A stretch of DNA of 64,000 nt from Thermoproteota archaeon (GTDB lineage: Archaea > Korarchaeota > Korarchaeia > Korarchaeales > Korarchaeaceae): the NCBI GenBank assembly GCA_027491915.1, contig JAOZGC010000001.1, positions 64,001 to 128,000 of the forward strand, given 5' to 3'. Positions 8,918 through 18,690 of the stretch are shown one piece after another (position 1 is the stretch's first letter; each line of letters starts with the position of its first letter). A program made the translations under genes and the position numbers. Below the pieces are notes generated by a model, which saw only the letters and a program-made list of their open reading frames with translations, had not been told where the DNA came from and did not search any database.

Positions 8918-11599
8918 ATGTGGAGCGAGAGATTGAGGAGGGCTGCCGTCCTAGTGCTGGCAGGCACCATGATCCTATCGATCTTCGCCGTCTCCGTCAG
9001 CGCGCAGCCCGAGAAGGGACCCGCGGTCGACGAGATCATAGTCGAGACGAGGGCCACGGGAGACGTGGCAATAGGAGACGTGGCGACCGGCAGGCTCGAC
9101 GCATATCTGAAGTCCCTGTCTCCAGCGGCCTACTCCGGGATCCCCGAGGATTGGAAGGCCAACCTTAGGTTGATACCCAACTCCGGCGGGATCTGGGAGA
9201 TAACCATGAACCCGGTGCACGACGACGACAGCCCCTACATAGTCACGGTCGAGGGGAAGGAGTACTTCAATCCGTTCGCCATCAGGGAGGTCAGGTTCGC
9301 CCTGAACTACCTCATAAACAGGAAGTACCTGATCGACGAGATCCTCTCCGGCGGCGGCGTCCCCATGTTCGGGGCCGTCAACCCGCTCGGGGCCGGGAAC
9401 GACATGGTGAAGGACATCTATGAGAAGTACGGGTTCACCGAGGAGGGTGACGAGGCCAGAGGCCTCCAGATGATAGAGGAGGCCATGGAGAGGGCCGCCA
9501 GCGAGCTCGGCGGGAGGCTGGTGAAGACCCAGGATCCGAGGGCCCCCGCCGGATACTGGTGGACCTTCGACGGGGAGCCCGTCACCGTCAAGTTCTTCAT
9601 AAGGGTGGAGGACGAGAGGCACGAGGAAGGCCTCTACGTGGCCAACCAGATAGAGAAGGCCGGTATAAAGGTCGACAGGATAGAGGGCAACTTCCAGAAG
9701 TGCATCTACACGGTCTACCTCACCGACCCCAGGGACTACGAGTGGAACCTCTACACCGCCGGGTGGGGGGCCACCTCAGGCTACGGGGCCAAGTACCCGG
9801 ACGACGACGTCGCCTGGTTCTACGCCCCGTGGTACGGGTGGATGCCCGCCTACGAGGTTGAGGGATGGTGGGAGTGGCAGAACGAGACCATAGACGAGCT
9901 GACCCAGGACGTGATACTGGGTAAGATCTCCGGGATGGAGGCCTACTGGGACAGGATAAGGAAGGCCGTGGACATAGGGGTTTACGAGAGCATAAGGGTG
10001 TTCACCGTCCTGACGATAGACTACTTCCCGGTGAACGACATACACGTCACCAAGATCGGTTACGACCTGACCACCGGCCTCTGGTCCTACTGGCCGTGGA
10101 GGACCGTTGAGACCTCGGACGGGCAGCTCAAGGTGGCCGTCGAGGCCCAGCAGGCGGCCATGTACACCTCTGCCTGGAACCCGATAGGGGGATTCGACGA
10201 CGTCTACTCCCACGCGGTCTGGAGGGCCATCCACGACGAGGGCGCCCCCTCGGACCCGGTCAACGTAGACCCCATCCCGTGCAGGGTGAACTGGACCCTG
10301 CACATGGGATACAACATGACCGACGAGGGACCCGTCGGGACCCTGGACGTGCCGGCCGACGCCGTGGTCTACGACTCGTCCAACGACTCGTGGGTCAAGA
10401 TAGGTCCTGGTCACAAGGCGGTCGCCAAGGTCAACTTCCACCTGCTGTTCGGCAACTGGCACGACGGCTCGCCCATGACCATGGCGGACGTCATGTACTC
10501 CATAGGGTGGGACTACGAGTGGTCCCACCTGGACGGCGAGGGGGACGTCTACTACGATCAGCAGTACGCCTCCAGCATGGGACCCATCCTCGACACGATA
10601 GTGGGCTTCCAGTTCTTCCCGGACAACGACACCGTGGTGGTCTACCACAACTACAAGCACGTCGCCTCCGACGCGTTCACCGCGACCTACTACACGCCGT
10701 GGCCGACCATACCCTGGGAGGTCATGGAGGCCATGAGCGACATGGTGGCCAACGGAGGCGCGTCTGGAACCAACTACAGCTGGTACAAGACCGAGGGACG
10801 TGAGTACATCAGCATGATAACCCCGTCCCACGTCGACGACATAAAGGCGGCCATAAACAAGTTCAGGAGCAGGGGTTACGTGCCTCCCTACATAAGTGGG
10901 GTGGTGACCCCAGGACAGGCCAGGGCCAGGTACGACGCGGCCCTCAGGTTCATAGAGCAGTACCACCACGCTGCCATATCCAACGGCCCGTTCATCCTCG
11001 TGAGGTACGATCCCAACGCCATGTTCATGCAGCTGGTGGCCAACAGGGATCCGACCTACCCGTTCACGCCGGACTACTGGTTCAACAGGCTCTCCATAGT
11101 CACCGAGAGCGTCGAGTCGGTCGACGCCCCGGTCAGCATCACGGCCGGTGAGGACTTCTCGGTGACGGTCAGCGTGACCGAGCAGGGCCAGTTCCCCGAG
11201 AAGTACACCAAACCGGCCGAGGAGGCCTACGTGCTCGTGGAGCTCCTGGATCCGTCGGGCAACACCATATTCTCGCAGCAGGCCGATCTGGTCTCCCCGG
11301 GAACCTTCTCGGTGAGCGTGCCGGGCAGCGCCACAGAGGGCAAGGCCGAGGGATCCTACACCATAAGGGTGACGGCGGCCAAGACGGCCCAGGCCACGGG
11401 CGCCTCCGTGGTCACCCAGGAGCTGGTCGTGACCGCCCCCGCGCCTCCGCCGCCTCCGCCGAGCGGCAACGTCACCCCGACCCCGCCGCCTCCGCCGCCT
11501 CCGCCGCCTGCCGCCGCCGGTCCGAACTGGATGCTCATAGGGGGAATAATCGTAGTAATAATCATAATAGCAGCGGCCCTACTACTGAGAAAGAAGTGA
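8918..11599 (+). CDS. Peptide/oligopeptide ABC transporter substrate-binding protein (family 5), C-terminal Pro linker plus TM anchor
   Basis: ATG 8918 with signal peptide; NPFAIREVRFALNYLINR, WHDGSPMTMADV, SNGPF motifs; Ig-like C-domain; TM plus RKK. Confidence 0.92.
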   Translation: MWSERLRRAAVLVLAGTMILSIFAVSVSAQPEKGPAVDEIIVETRATGDVAIGDVATGRLDAYLKSLSPAAYSGIPEDWKANLRLIPNSGGIWEITMNPVHDDDSPYIVTVEGKEYFNPFAIREVRFALNYLINRKYLIDEILSGGGVPMFGAVNPLGAGNDMVKDIYEKYGFTEEGDEARGLQMIEEAMERAASELGGRLVKTQDPRAPAGYWWTFDGEPVTVKFFIRVEDERHEEGLYVANQIEKAGIKVDRIEGNFQKCIYTVYLTDPRDYEWNLYTAGWGATSGYGAKYPDDDVAWFYAPWYGWMPAYEVEGWWEWQNETIDELTQDVILGKISGMEAYWDRIRKAVDIGVYESIRVFTVLTIDYFPVNDIHVTKIGYDLTTGLWSYWPWRTVETSDGQLKVAVEAQQAAMYTSAWNPIGGFDDVYSHAVWRAIHDEGAPSDPVNVDPIPCRVNWTLHMGYNMTDEGPVGTLDVPADAVVYDSSNDSWVKIGPGHKAVAKVNFHLLFGNWHDGSPMTMADVMYSIGWDYEWSHLDGEGDVYYDQQYASSMGPILDTIVGFQFFPDNDTVVVYHNYKHVASDAFTATYYTPWPTIPWEVMEAMSDMVANGGASGTNYSWYKTEGREYISMITPSHVDDIKAAINKFRSRGYVPPYISGVVTPGQARARYDAALRFIEQYHHAAISNGPFILVRYDPNAMFMQLVANRDPTYPFTPDYWFNRLSIVTESVESVDAPVSITAGEDFSVTVSVTEQGQFPEKYTKPAEEAYVLVELLDPSGNTIFSQQADLVSPGTFSVSVPGSATEGKAEGSYTIRVTAAKTAQATGASVVTQELVVTAPAPPPPPPSGNVTPTPPPPPPPPPAAAGPNWMLIGGIIVVIIIIAAALLLRKK
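11436..11519 (+). repeat. CCGCCT/CCG-type low-complexity repeat encoding a poly-Pro linker
   Basis: gcgcctccgccgcctccgccg ... ccgccgcctccgccgcctccgccgcct. Confidence 0.8.
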
Positions 11600-11610
11600 G
11601 AAACTCCCCC

Positions 11611-11628
11611 CTTTCTTTTCTTTTTTTA
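11611..11628 (+). terminator. Oligo-T archaeal terminator after the SBP gene
   Basis: ctttcttttctttttt immediately after the stop, in a GC-rich genome. Confidence 0.65.
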
Positions 11629-11726
11629 ATAATATATCCCGGATCCGGCCGCCGGACCTCCGCACCTATTTTATAGGGAATCCGGCCCGCAAACTCGAGC
11701 GCGATCCACCCAACAGGGTGCGGTGA

Positions 11727-12791
11727 ATGGGTTTCGGCAGGTTCATCGTGGTTAGGGTTCTGAACGCCCTGCTGGTTCTGGTGATAGCGCTCCTCTTAGT
11801 TTCGGCCATATTCAGCGCCGAGGCCGAGAGGGAGCTCAGGGGCAGGATAGAGGAGCAGATCACCAACCAGCTGAGGAACAACCCCCAGCTCCTCAGGTCC
11901 ATGACCCAGGAGCAGATAGCCCAGTGGAAGGCCGAACAGAGGGAGATACTCTACAGGAGGTACGGTCTGGACAAACCCCTCTGGCAGAGGGTGCTCATTT
12001 ACGCCTGGGATCAGCTGCGGCTGAAGCTGGGCAAGTCGACCTCAATACAGTCTCTGTCCGGTTCCAGCGACGTGGCCACCATAATACTGGAGGCCCTGCC
12101 CAGGACCATACTCCTGTTCACGACGGCGCAGATAATAACGACGGTGATAGGCCTGATCCTGGGGCTTAAGGCGGCCCAGTCCGCCGGCAGCCTGCTCGAC
12201 AAGTCCCTGTCGGTCTTCGCCCTCCTGACGGCGAGCCTCCCCATGTGGTGGACCGGGATGCTCTTCATCATAATATTCTCCTACTACCTGGGGTGGCTCC
12301 CCAGCGGCGGGATGATATCCACCCCCCCGCCGGAGGGATCCCTCGCCCAGATGATGGACATAGGATACCACATGATCCTCCCGGTGTTCACGGCGGTATT
12401 CGTGTCGTTCGGGGCGTGGGCCTACACGGCGAGGAGCGTCGTGATAAATCAGTTCCAAGAGGACTATGTGATGGCCGCCAGGGCTAAGGGCGTCCCCGAG
12501 AGGAGGGTGATCTTCTCCCACGTCCTGAGGGCGGCCGCCCCTCCGATAGTGACCATGATGGCCTTCGGGATCATAGGATCCCTCGGGGGGGCCATGATAT
12601 CGGAGATAGTATTCAATTGGCCCGGGATGGGGAGGCTTTACTGGATAGCCATAGAGCAGAGGGACGTGCCGGTCCTCCTGGGAAACACCACCATAAGCGT
12701 GGATCTGTACCTGCTGGTGGTGGTCCTAATGGACATAATATACGGGTTCCTCGATCCGAGGGTGAAGGTCGGGGCGGCCGCCAAGCTGTGA
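11727..12791 (+). CDS. dppB: Peptide ABC transporter permease (DppB/OppB)
   Basis: YGLDKPL, LPRTILL, EDYVMAARAKG (EAA loop), FNWPGMG, LDPRV. Confidence 0.93.
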   Translation: MGFGRFIVVRVLNALLVLVIALLLVSAIFSAEAERELRGRIEEQITNQLRNNPQLLRSMTQEQIAQWKAEQREILYRRYGLDKPLWQRVLIYAWDQLRLKLGKSTSIQSLSGSSDVATIILEALPRTILLFTTAQIITTVIGLILGLKAAQSAGSLLDKSLSVFALLTASLPMWWTGMLFIIIFSYYLGWLPSGGMISTPPPEGSLAQMMDIGYHMILPVFTAVFVSFGAWAYTARSVVINQFQEDYVMAARAKGVPERRVIFSHVLRAAAPPIVTMMAFGIIGSLGGAMISEIVFNWPGMGRLYWIAIEQRDVPVLLGNTTISVDLYLLVVVLMDIIYGFLDPRVKVGAAAKL

Positions 12792-12792
12792 G

Positions 12793-14232
12793 GTGTGGGC
12801 GATGAGGTGGGAAGATCTCAAGGCCTCCATCGGCGAGTTCTGGTACGAGTTCCGGCGGGAGCCATCTGGGATAGCCGGATTGGCCCTCCTCCTCCTCTTC
12901 GTCGGGATAGCGGTGGGCGCCCCCCTCCTGGCCCCCCCGGAGGCCTCCACCAGGTGGAGGGACATAACCTACTGGGAGGGGCTGCCCAGATCGGCCCCCC
13001 CAGAGTGGATCAATCTCTTCTCCTCCAGAAAGCTGCCTCCCCACCTGACTCTCACCAACCCTGAGGTCGAGGTGCAGGGAGGGGGGGCCATACGCAGGGT
13101 GATCATGAACTTCTCCTACGACTTCCAGTACGACGATCCCCCGACCGACCTCATGGTCTACCTCACCATCAACCTGACGGACGCCGAGAATCCGCCGACC
13201 ATGGTGGTCAGCATAGTGAGGCCCGACGGTCAGAAGATACAACTCTACAACTCGAAGTTGAGGTCGATAACCCCCGGCAAGAGGAGCAGGATCCTGGTCA
13301 CCGCGGAGGACTCGGCCGTGGCGGCCGCCATGGCCTTCGGGAGGAAGTACGAGACCCCGGAGAACATGGACAAGGTGCTCACCCAGCTGCTCAACCCGCT
13401 GCAGCCCATATTCTCAGAGGCACAGCCGGGGATGATGCTGAAGGATCAGGCGGTCCCCCTGAAGGGGAGGTACATCATCAACGTGCAGCTGTTCCTCTTC
13501 AATCCGGGGGACGAGGTGCAGGACGTCCGGGTCACCATGGCCGGCGAGGTCTACGGGCTGCTCGGGACGGACAACAACAGGAGGGACCTCTACGCCGGCC
13601 TGATATGGGGGACCCAGGTGTCCCTGGTGGTGGGCGTCGTGACCTCCATCTTGTCCACCGGGATAGGAGTCATCCTGGGAGTTCTGGCGGCCTACGTCGG
13701 GGGCTGGTGGGACGAGGGCATAGGCAGGGTGACGGAGATAGTCGCCTCCATCCCGGTACTCCCTCTCCTGATAATAATCTTCAGCCTCTGGAAACCGTCG
13801 ATCTGGCCCGTCATAATCCTGATGGGCATACTGGGGTGGAGCGGGACGCAGAAGGTCGTCAGGAGCATGGGGTTCCAGCTCAAGGAGGCCACCTACGTGG
13901 ACGCCGCCAGGGCCCTGGGGGCCAGGGCCTGGTGGATCATAAGCAGGCACATGGTCCCCCAGATACTTCCATATCTGTTCGCCAGCATAGCGCTGTCCGT
14001 CCCGGGATACATCCTCCTGGAGGCGGGTCTGTCCTTCCTGGGACTGGGGGACGCCACCAAGGTCACGTGGGGCCAGATCCTCCACGACGCCGAGGCCGGG
14101 GCGGCCACCATAAAGGGGATGTGGTGGTGGGTGATCCCGCCCGGGGTGGCCATAATGCTGGTCGGCCTCTCCTTCGCCCTCCTCGGGACCGCCCTCAACA
14201 GGATACTGAGCCCCAAGATGAGGACCCTGTGA
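12793..14232 (+). CDS. dppC: Peptide ABC transporter permease (DppC/OppC) with large extracellular loop
   Basis: LLGTDNNRRD, YVDAARALGA, EAGLSFLGLG, WWWVIPPG. Confidence 0.93.
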   Translation: MWAMRWEDLKASIGEFWYEFRREPSGIAGLALLLLFVGIAVGAPLLAPPEASTRWRDITYWEGLPRSAPPEWINLFSSRKLPPHLTLTNPEVEVQGGGAIRRVIMNFSYDFQYDDPPTDLMVYLTINLTDAENPPTMVVSIVRPDGQKIQLYNSKLRSITPGKRSRILVTAEDSAVAAAMAFGRKYETPENMDKVLTQLLNPLQPIFSEAQPGMMLKDQAVPLKGRYIINVQLFLFNPGDEVQDVRVTMAGEVYGLLGTDNNRRDLYAGLIWGTQVSLVVGVVTSILSTGIGVILGVLAAYVGGWWDEGIGRVTEIVASIPVLPLLIIIFSLWKPSIWPVIILMGILGWSGTQKVVRSMGFQLKEATYVDAARALGARAWWIISRHMVPQILPYLFASIALSVPGYILLEAGLSFLGLGDATKVTWGQILHDAEAGAATIKGMWWWVIPPGVAIMLVGLSFALLGTALNRILSPKMRTL

Positions 14233-14258
14233 TGGCCATGTGATGGAGGTGTCGAGGG

Positions 14259-15218
14259 ATGGCTCTGCTGGAAGTCGAGGGCCTGAAGTCGTACTACCTG
14301 ACCTCCAGGGGCGAGGTGAAGGCGGTCGACAACGTCTCCTTCGACCTGGAGAGGGGCGAGTCCCTGGCCCTCGCGGGGGAGTCCGGCTGCGGGAAGAGCA
14401 CCCTCGGTTTCAGCCTGATAAATCTCCTCCCGCCCCCGGGCAGGATAGTCGGGGGGAGCATCAGGATAGACGGGATCGAGGTAGTGGGCATGCCGGAGGA
14501 CCGCCTCCGGAGCGAGGTCAGGTGGCGCAAGATCTCAATGATATTTCAGGGGGCCATGAACGCCTTGAATCCGGTCCACACGATAGGCAGGCAGCTGGCC
14601 GAGCCCCTGGTTTTCCACCAGGGTGTCAGCTGGGCCGACGCCATCTCTCGGGCCAGGGAGTACCTGGAGCTCGTCGGCCTCGACCCGGACATAGTGAACA
14701 GGTACCCGCACGAGCTCAGCGGCGGCATGAAGCAGAGGGCCGTCATAGCCATGGCCCTCCTGGAGCATCCGGACCTGGTAATAGCCGACGAGCCGACGAC
14801 CGCCCTGGACGTCATAGTCCAGGCCCAGATACTGAACCTAATGAAGTCCCTGAAGAGGAAGCTGAACCTGTCAATAATCATGATATCCCACGACCTGGCC
14901 GTCCTCTCCGAGATAGCCGACAGAATCGCTATAATGTACGCCGGGAAGATAGTGGAGATAGGACCGTCCGAGAAGGTGTACGGCAACCCCAAGCACCCCT
15001 ACACCCAAAAGCTCCTGGGCGCCATACCGAGGCTGAGGCAGAAGCAGGAGAGGCTGGAGTTCATACCCGGCGCCCCTCCCAACCTGCTCAATCCCCCGGC
15101 GGGCTGCAGGTTCCACCCCAGGTGCCCGAGCAGGTTCGAGCCCTGCGACAGGAGGGAGCCGGAGCTGGTCGAGGTGGAGCCGGGCCACTGGGTGGCCTGT
15201 CACCTTTACTCGTGGTGA
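14259..15218 (+). CDS. dppD: Peptide ABC transporter ATPase (DppD)
   Basis: GESGCGKS, LSGGMKQR, IADEPTTALD, C-terminal CRFHPRC...C...C. Confidence 0.95.
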   Translation: MALLEVEGLKSYYLTSRGEVKAVDNVSFDLERGESLALAGESGCGKSTLGFSLINLLPPPGRIVGGSIRIDGIEVVGMPEDRLRSEVRWRKISMIFQGAMNALNPVHTIGRQLAEPLVFHQGVSWADAISRAREYLELVGLDPDIVNRYPHELSGGMKQRAVIAMALLEHPDLVIADEPTTALDVIVQAQILNLMKSLKRKLNLSIIMISHDLAVLSEIADRIAIMYAGKIVEIGPSEKVYGNPKHPYTQKLLGAIPRLRQKQERLEFIPGAPPNLLNPPAGCRFHPRCPSRFEPCDRREPELVEVEPGHWVACHLYSW

Positions 15219-15224
15219 TGCGTT

Positions 15225-16250
15225 ATGGAGGGAGTAACGGAGTCTCCGGGAGAGGAGCCCATACTCAGGGTTGAGAACCTCAAGAAGTACTTCTACCTCC
15301 GGAGGTCTCTCTCAGAGTTCCTCACCGGAAAGCCCCCGAGGGCCGTCAAGGCCGTGGATGGAATCTCCTTCGAGATCAAGAGGGGGGAGATCTTCGCCCT
15401 CGCCGGCGAGTCCGGCTGCGGGAAGACCACCACAGGCAGGATGGTGGTCAAGCTCGAGACCCCGACGGAGGGCAAGATATACTTCAAGGGAGCGGACGTC
15501 ACGGTCCTCTCGAGGGAGGAAGAAAAGGAATACAGGAAGAAGGTTCAAATAGTCTTCCAGGATCCCTACGGGTCCCTGAACCCCAGGTTCAGGGTTTACG
15601 ACGTCCTGGAGGAACCCCTCCTCCTCGCGGGCGTCGGCGAGTCCAGGGCCGAGAGGGAGGAGATGATAATCAGGGCCCTGGAGGACGTGAGGATGACCCC
15701 CCCCGAGGAGTTCCTGGGGAGGCTGCCCCACCAGCTCAGCGGGGGGCAGAGGCAGAGGGTGGCCCTGGCCAGATCCCTCATACTCAGCCCGGAGCTGATA
15801 GTGGCCGACGAGCCCGTGTCGATGCTGGACCTGTCCATCAGGGCGGAGATACTGAACCTGATGGAGGACGTGAGGAGGAAGAGGGGGGTGACCTACCTCT
15901 ACATAACCCACGACCTCTCCACCGCCAGGTACTTCGCCCACAGGATAGCCATAATGTACCTGGGCAAGCTGGTGGAGGTCACCACGACCGACAGGCTTGT
16001 GGAGAACCCGCTCCACCCCTACACTAAGGCCCTGCTGGCCGCGGTCCCGGAGCCAGATCCCTCCATGAAGGACGTCATAAAGGAGATCCCGATAAAGGGA
16101 GAGGTCCCGAGCGCCGCCAACGTCCCCCCGGGCTGCAGGTTCCACCCCAGGTGTCCCTACGCCTTCGAGCCCTGCGACAAGGAGGAGCCGGAGCTGGTCG
16201 AGGTGGAGCCGGGCCACTGGGTGGCCTGCCACCTGGTGAGCGGGGGTTGA
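15225..16250 (+). CDS. dppF: Peptide ABC transporter ATPase (DppF)
   Basis: GESGCGKT, LSGGQRQR, VADEPVSMLD, C-terminal Cys cluster. Confidence 0.95.
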   Translation: MEGVTESPGEEPILRVENLKKYFYLRRSLSEFLTGKPPRAVKAVDGISFEIKRGEIFALAGESGCGKTTTGRMVVKLETPTEGKIYFKGADVTVLSREEEKEYRKKVQIVFQDPYGSLNPRFRVYDVLEEPLLLAGVGESRAEREEMIIRALEDVRMTPPEEFLGRLPHQLSGGQRQRVALARSLILSPELIVADEPVSMLDLSIRAEILNLMEDVRRKRGVTYLYITHDLSTARYFAHRIAIMYLGKLVEVTTTDRLVENPLHPYTKALLAAVPEPDPSMKDVIKEIPIKGEVPSAANVPPGCRFHPRCPYAFEPCDKEEPELVEVEPGHWVACHLVSGG

Positions 16251-16819
16251 TCGGGAGCCTGGACCTCCCCGGCTGGGCCGGCCGGGAAGCCGGCGTCAGG
16301 AGGCGGGTTCTGGCGATCTCCACCCTCGGCCTGCTCATGATGCTCTTCGCCCTGGCGTCATCCCTCTACATGGTGCTGCCGGCTGAGTCTAGGTCGGCTG
16401 GCGACTGGGTCCGGTCCGACCTGGGCCCGACCCACGGGAGGTACGAGTTCGTCCTGGACGAATCCCTGGAAGGTTTCAACGTGCTTGGGTGCTACGGGGA
16501 GATCAACATCACCTCGACCAGTCCAGGTAGGGCCCAGGTTGAGCTGGTCTACGCCGGCGAGAGCAGGACGAGCGAGCTGACCCTCAGGGTCGGGGAGGTA
16601 TCCACGGTGGACCTGCTCGGGGGAATCCCACGCTCGGTCGAGTACGAGCTGTCGGCCCCCGGGGTCATCTCTCTGTCGTCAGACATCAGGGCCTCCTACC
16701 AGAGGCCCGCCGACCCGCTGTGGGTCCTGGCTTCGGCGGCCGCCGCCCTCCTCGGGGCCGCCTTATCCCTGTCCGGATTGACCTCGCTGCTCCTGGGAGA
16801 GGGAGATCGCCTTAGATGA
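16247..16819 (+). CDS. Hypothetical protein with two TM helices flanking a beta-rich domain
   Basis: TTG 16247 overlaps the dppF stop; N- and C-terminal hydrophobic helices. Confidence 0.65.
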   Translation: MIGSLDLPGWAGREAGVRRRVLAISTLGLLMMLFALASSLYMVLPAESRSAGDWVRSDLGPTHGRYEFVLDESLEGFNVLGCYGEINITSTSPGRAQVELVYAGESRTSELTLRVGEVSTVDLLGGIPRSVEYELSAPGVISLSSDIRASYQRPADPLWVLASAAAALLGAALSLSGLTSLLLGEGDRLR

Positions 16820-17293
16820 CGCGAGGAGGATCAGAAGGGCGGTCTTCCCGTCCTCTATCCTCCCCTCCATCACCCAGCGGACGGCCTCCCTCAGGCTGAC
16901 CCTCAGAACCTCTATCCTCTCTCCCGGCTCCGGCGAGGGCTCCCCCACGCTCAGGTCGCTGGCCAGGAACATGTGGAGCACCTCGGTGGAGTATCCCGGG
17001 GAGGAGTAGAATTTCCCCGCCGGCTCCAGGGTTCCAGCCGCGATCCCAGTCTCCTCCCTCAGCTCCCTCAGGGCGCAATCCTCCGGGGACTCCCCCTCCT
17101 CCAGGGTCCCGGCGGGCGCCTCTATTAACCAGCGGCCCACCGAGGGCCTCCACTGCCTCTCCAGGTACACGTACTCCCCGTCGACCGGCAGGACCACCAC
17201 CGCCCCGGGGTGGACCACCACCTCCTCCCTGATCCCCCCCTCCCACCTCACGTGGACCTCGAACCTCCTGCCGGCGTAGACGACCCTGTCCAG
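16763..17293 (-). CDS. NUDIX hydrolase (ADP-ribose pyrophosphatase-like)
   Basis: Nudix box PAGTLEEGESPEDCALRELREETG, HPGAVVVLP, SSPG; in-frame extension VVYAGRRF back to CTG 17293. Confidence 0.9.
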   Translation of the reverse strand: MDRVVYAGRRFEVHVRWEGGIREEVVVHPGAVVVLPVDGEYVYLERQWRPSVGRWLIEAPAGTLEEGESPEDCALRELREETGIAAGTLEPAGKFYSSPGYSTEVLHMFLASDLSVGEPSPEPGERIEVLRVSLREAVRWVMEGRIEDGKTALLILLASSKAISLSQEQRGQSGQG

Positions 17294-17312
17294 ATCACCT
17301 CCGCCTCCGACC

Positions 17313-18680
17313 CTACCCGCACCCAGCTTCCATCACCATCCCGAGGCCCATCTCCCTCAGCCTCTCCAGGTCCTCCACCCTCCTGGCCTCCGCGACCACC
17401 TTAACCTGCGGCAGGGTGTTTGAGGCCCGCACCAGGATCCACCCCTCGGGGAAGTAGGCCTTGACCCCGTCTATGAGCGAGATCCTCTTGGCCTCCCTCC
17501 CCAGCCTCTCCGCAACCTCCGCCACCACCTCAAACTTCCTCTCGTCCGGGCAGTCTACCACCATTACCCCGGAGTTGAAGAACTTGGGCAGGGAGTCGAC
17601 GAGCGAGGACAGGGGTCCCCTCCTGGCCGCCAGCTCGGCCATCCTCAGCGAGGCGAATATGGCGTCGTCGAAGCCGTACATCTCCGGAAAGTAGAGGTGA
17701 CCGCTCTTCTCCCCGCCCAGCACGGCCCCCCTCCTCCTCATCTCCTTCTTTATGTGAACGTGTCCTGTTTTGGTCTCCACGGGAACCCCCCCCGCCCTCC
17801 TGACGGCCTCCTCCACCACCGCCGAGCAGGAGACGTCGTAGACCACAGCCCCCCCTCCGGACCGACGGAGGTACTCCGCGGCCATTATGGCCAGGGATAG
17901 GTCTCCGTCCAGTATCCTGCCCCGGTCGTCCACGAATATGGCCCTGTCCCCGTCCCCGTCGAAGCCGACGCCCAGGTCCGCCCCCGACTCGATCACCATC
18001 TCCGCCAACCCAGCGAGCGTCTCCGGCCCGGGCTCCGGAGGGTGGCCGGGGAAGCGCCCGTCCACCTGCCAGTTGATCACCCCCACGTCGAACCCGGCCG
18101 AGCTCAGCAGCCTGGGAGCCACGTCCGCCGCCACCCCGTTGGACGCGTCGATGGCCACCAGGATCCCGCCGCCCGCCCCGCCCGGACCAGACGCGCCGAT
18201 CCTCCTGAGGGCCTCCTCCAGGTAATCGTCCACAACGTCGATCTCTTCCAGGCTCCCCCCGCCACCCCCGCGGGGATGGGACCCGAACGCCAGCTCGGCG
18301 ATGCGCTCGAGCCCGCTGCCCATGCCTATCATCTCCCCGCCCGGTCCAACCAGCTTGAACCCGTTCCACTCGGGCGGGTTGTGGCTGGCCGTCACCATGA
18401 CGCCCCCGTCCAGGTTCAGCGAGGCGACCGCGTAGTACAGGAGGGGCGTGGGGATCCTCCCCAAGTCCGCCACGTGCGCCCCCGATTCCACCAGTCCCTC
18501 TATCAGACCATCCCTAAGGGCCGGTGAGCTCGTCCTCCCGTCCATTCCCACCGCCACCCTGGCGCCGGGCCCGACGAACATCCCGAAGGCCGCCCCGAGA
18601 ACCCTGGCGCCGTCTTCGTCCAGGTCTCGGCCGTACACCCCCCTCACGTCGTACGAGCGGAAGGCCCCCCTAGACAGCAC
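17313..18680 (-). CDS. Phosphomannomutase/phosphoglucomutase
   Basis: FRSYDVRG, TASHNP, DGDGDR, GGEKSGH, VRASNT. Confidence 0.95.
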   Translation of the reverse strand: MLSRGAFRSYDVRGVYGRDLDEDGARVLGAAFGMFVGPGARVAVGMDGRTSSPALRDGLIEGLVESGAHVADLGRIPTPLLYYAVASLNLDGGVMVTASHNPPEWNGFKLVGPGGEMIGMGSGLERIAELAFGSHPRGGGGGSLEEIDVVDDYLEEALRRIGASGPGGAGGGILVAIDASNGVAADVAPRLLSSAGFDVGVINWQVDGRFPGHPPEPGPETLAGLAEMVIESGADLGVGFDGDGDRAIFVDDRGRILDGDLSLAIMAAEYLRRSGGGAVVYDVSCSAVVEEAVRRAGGVPVETKTGHVHIKKEMRRRGAVLGGEKSGHLYFPEMYGFDDAIFASLRMAELAARRGPLSSLVDSLPKFFNSGVMVVDCPDERKFEVVAEVAERLGREAKRISLIDGVKAYFPEGWILVRASNTLPQVKVVAEARRVEDLERLREMGLGMVMEAGCG

Positions 18681-18690
18681 CCCCCCCTCG

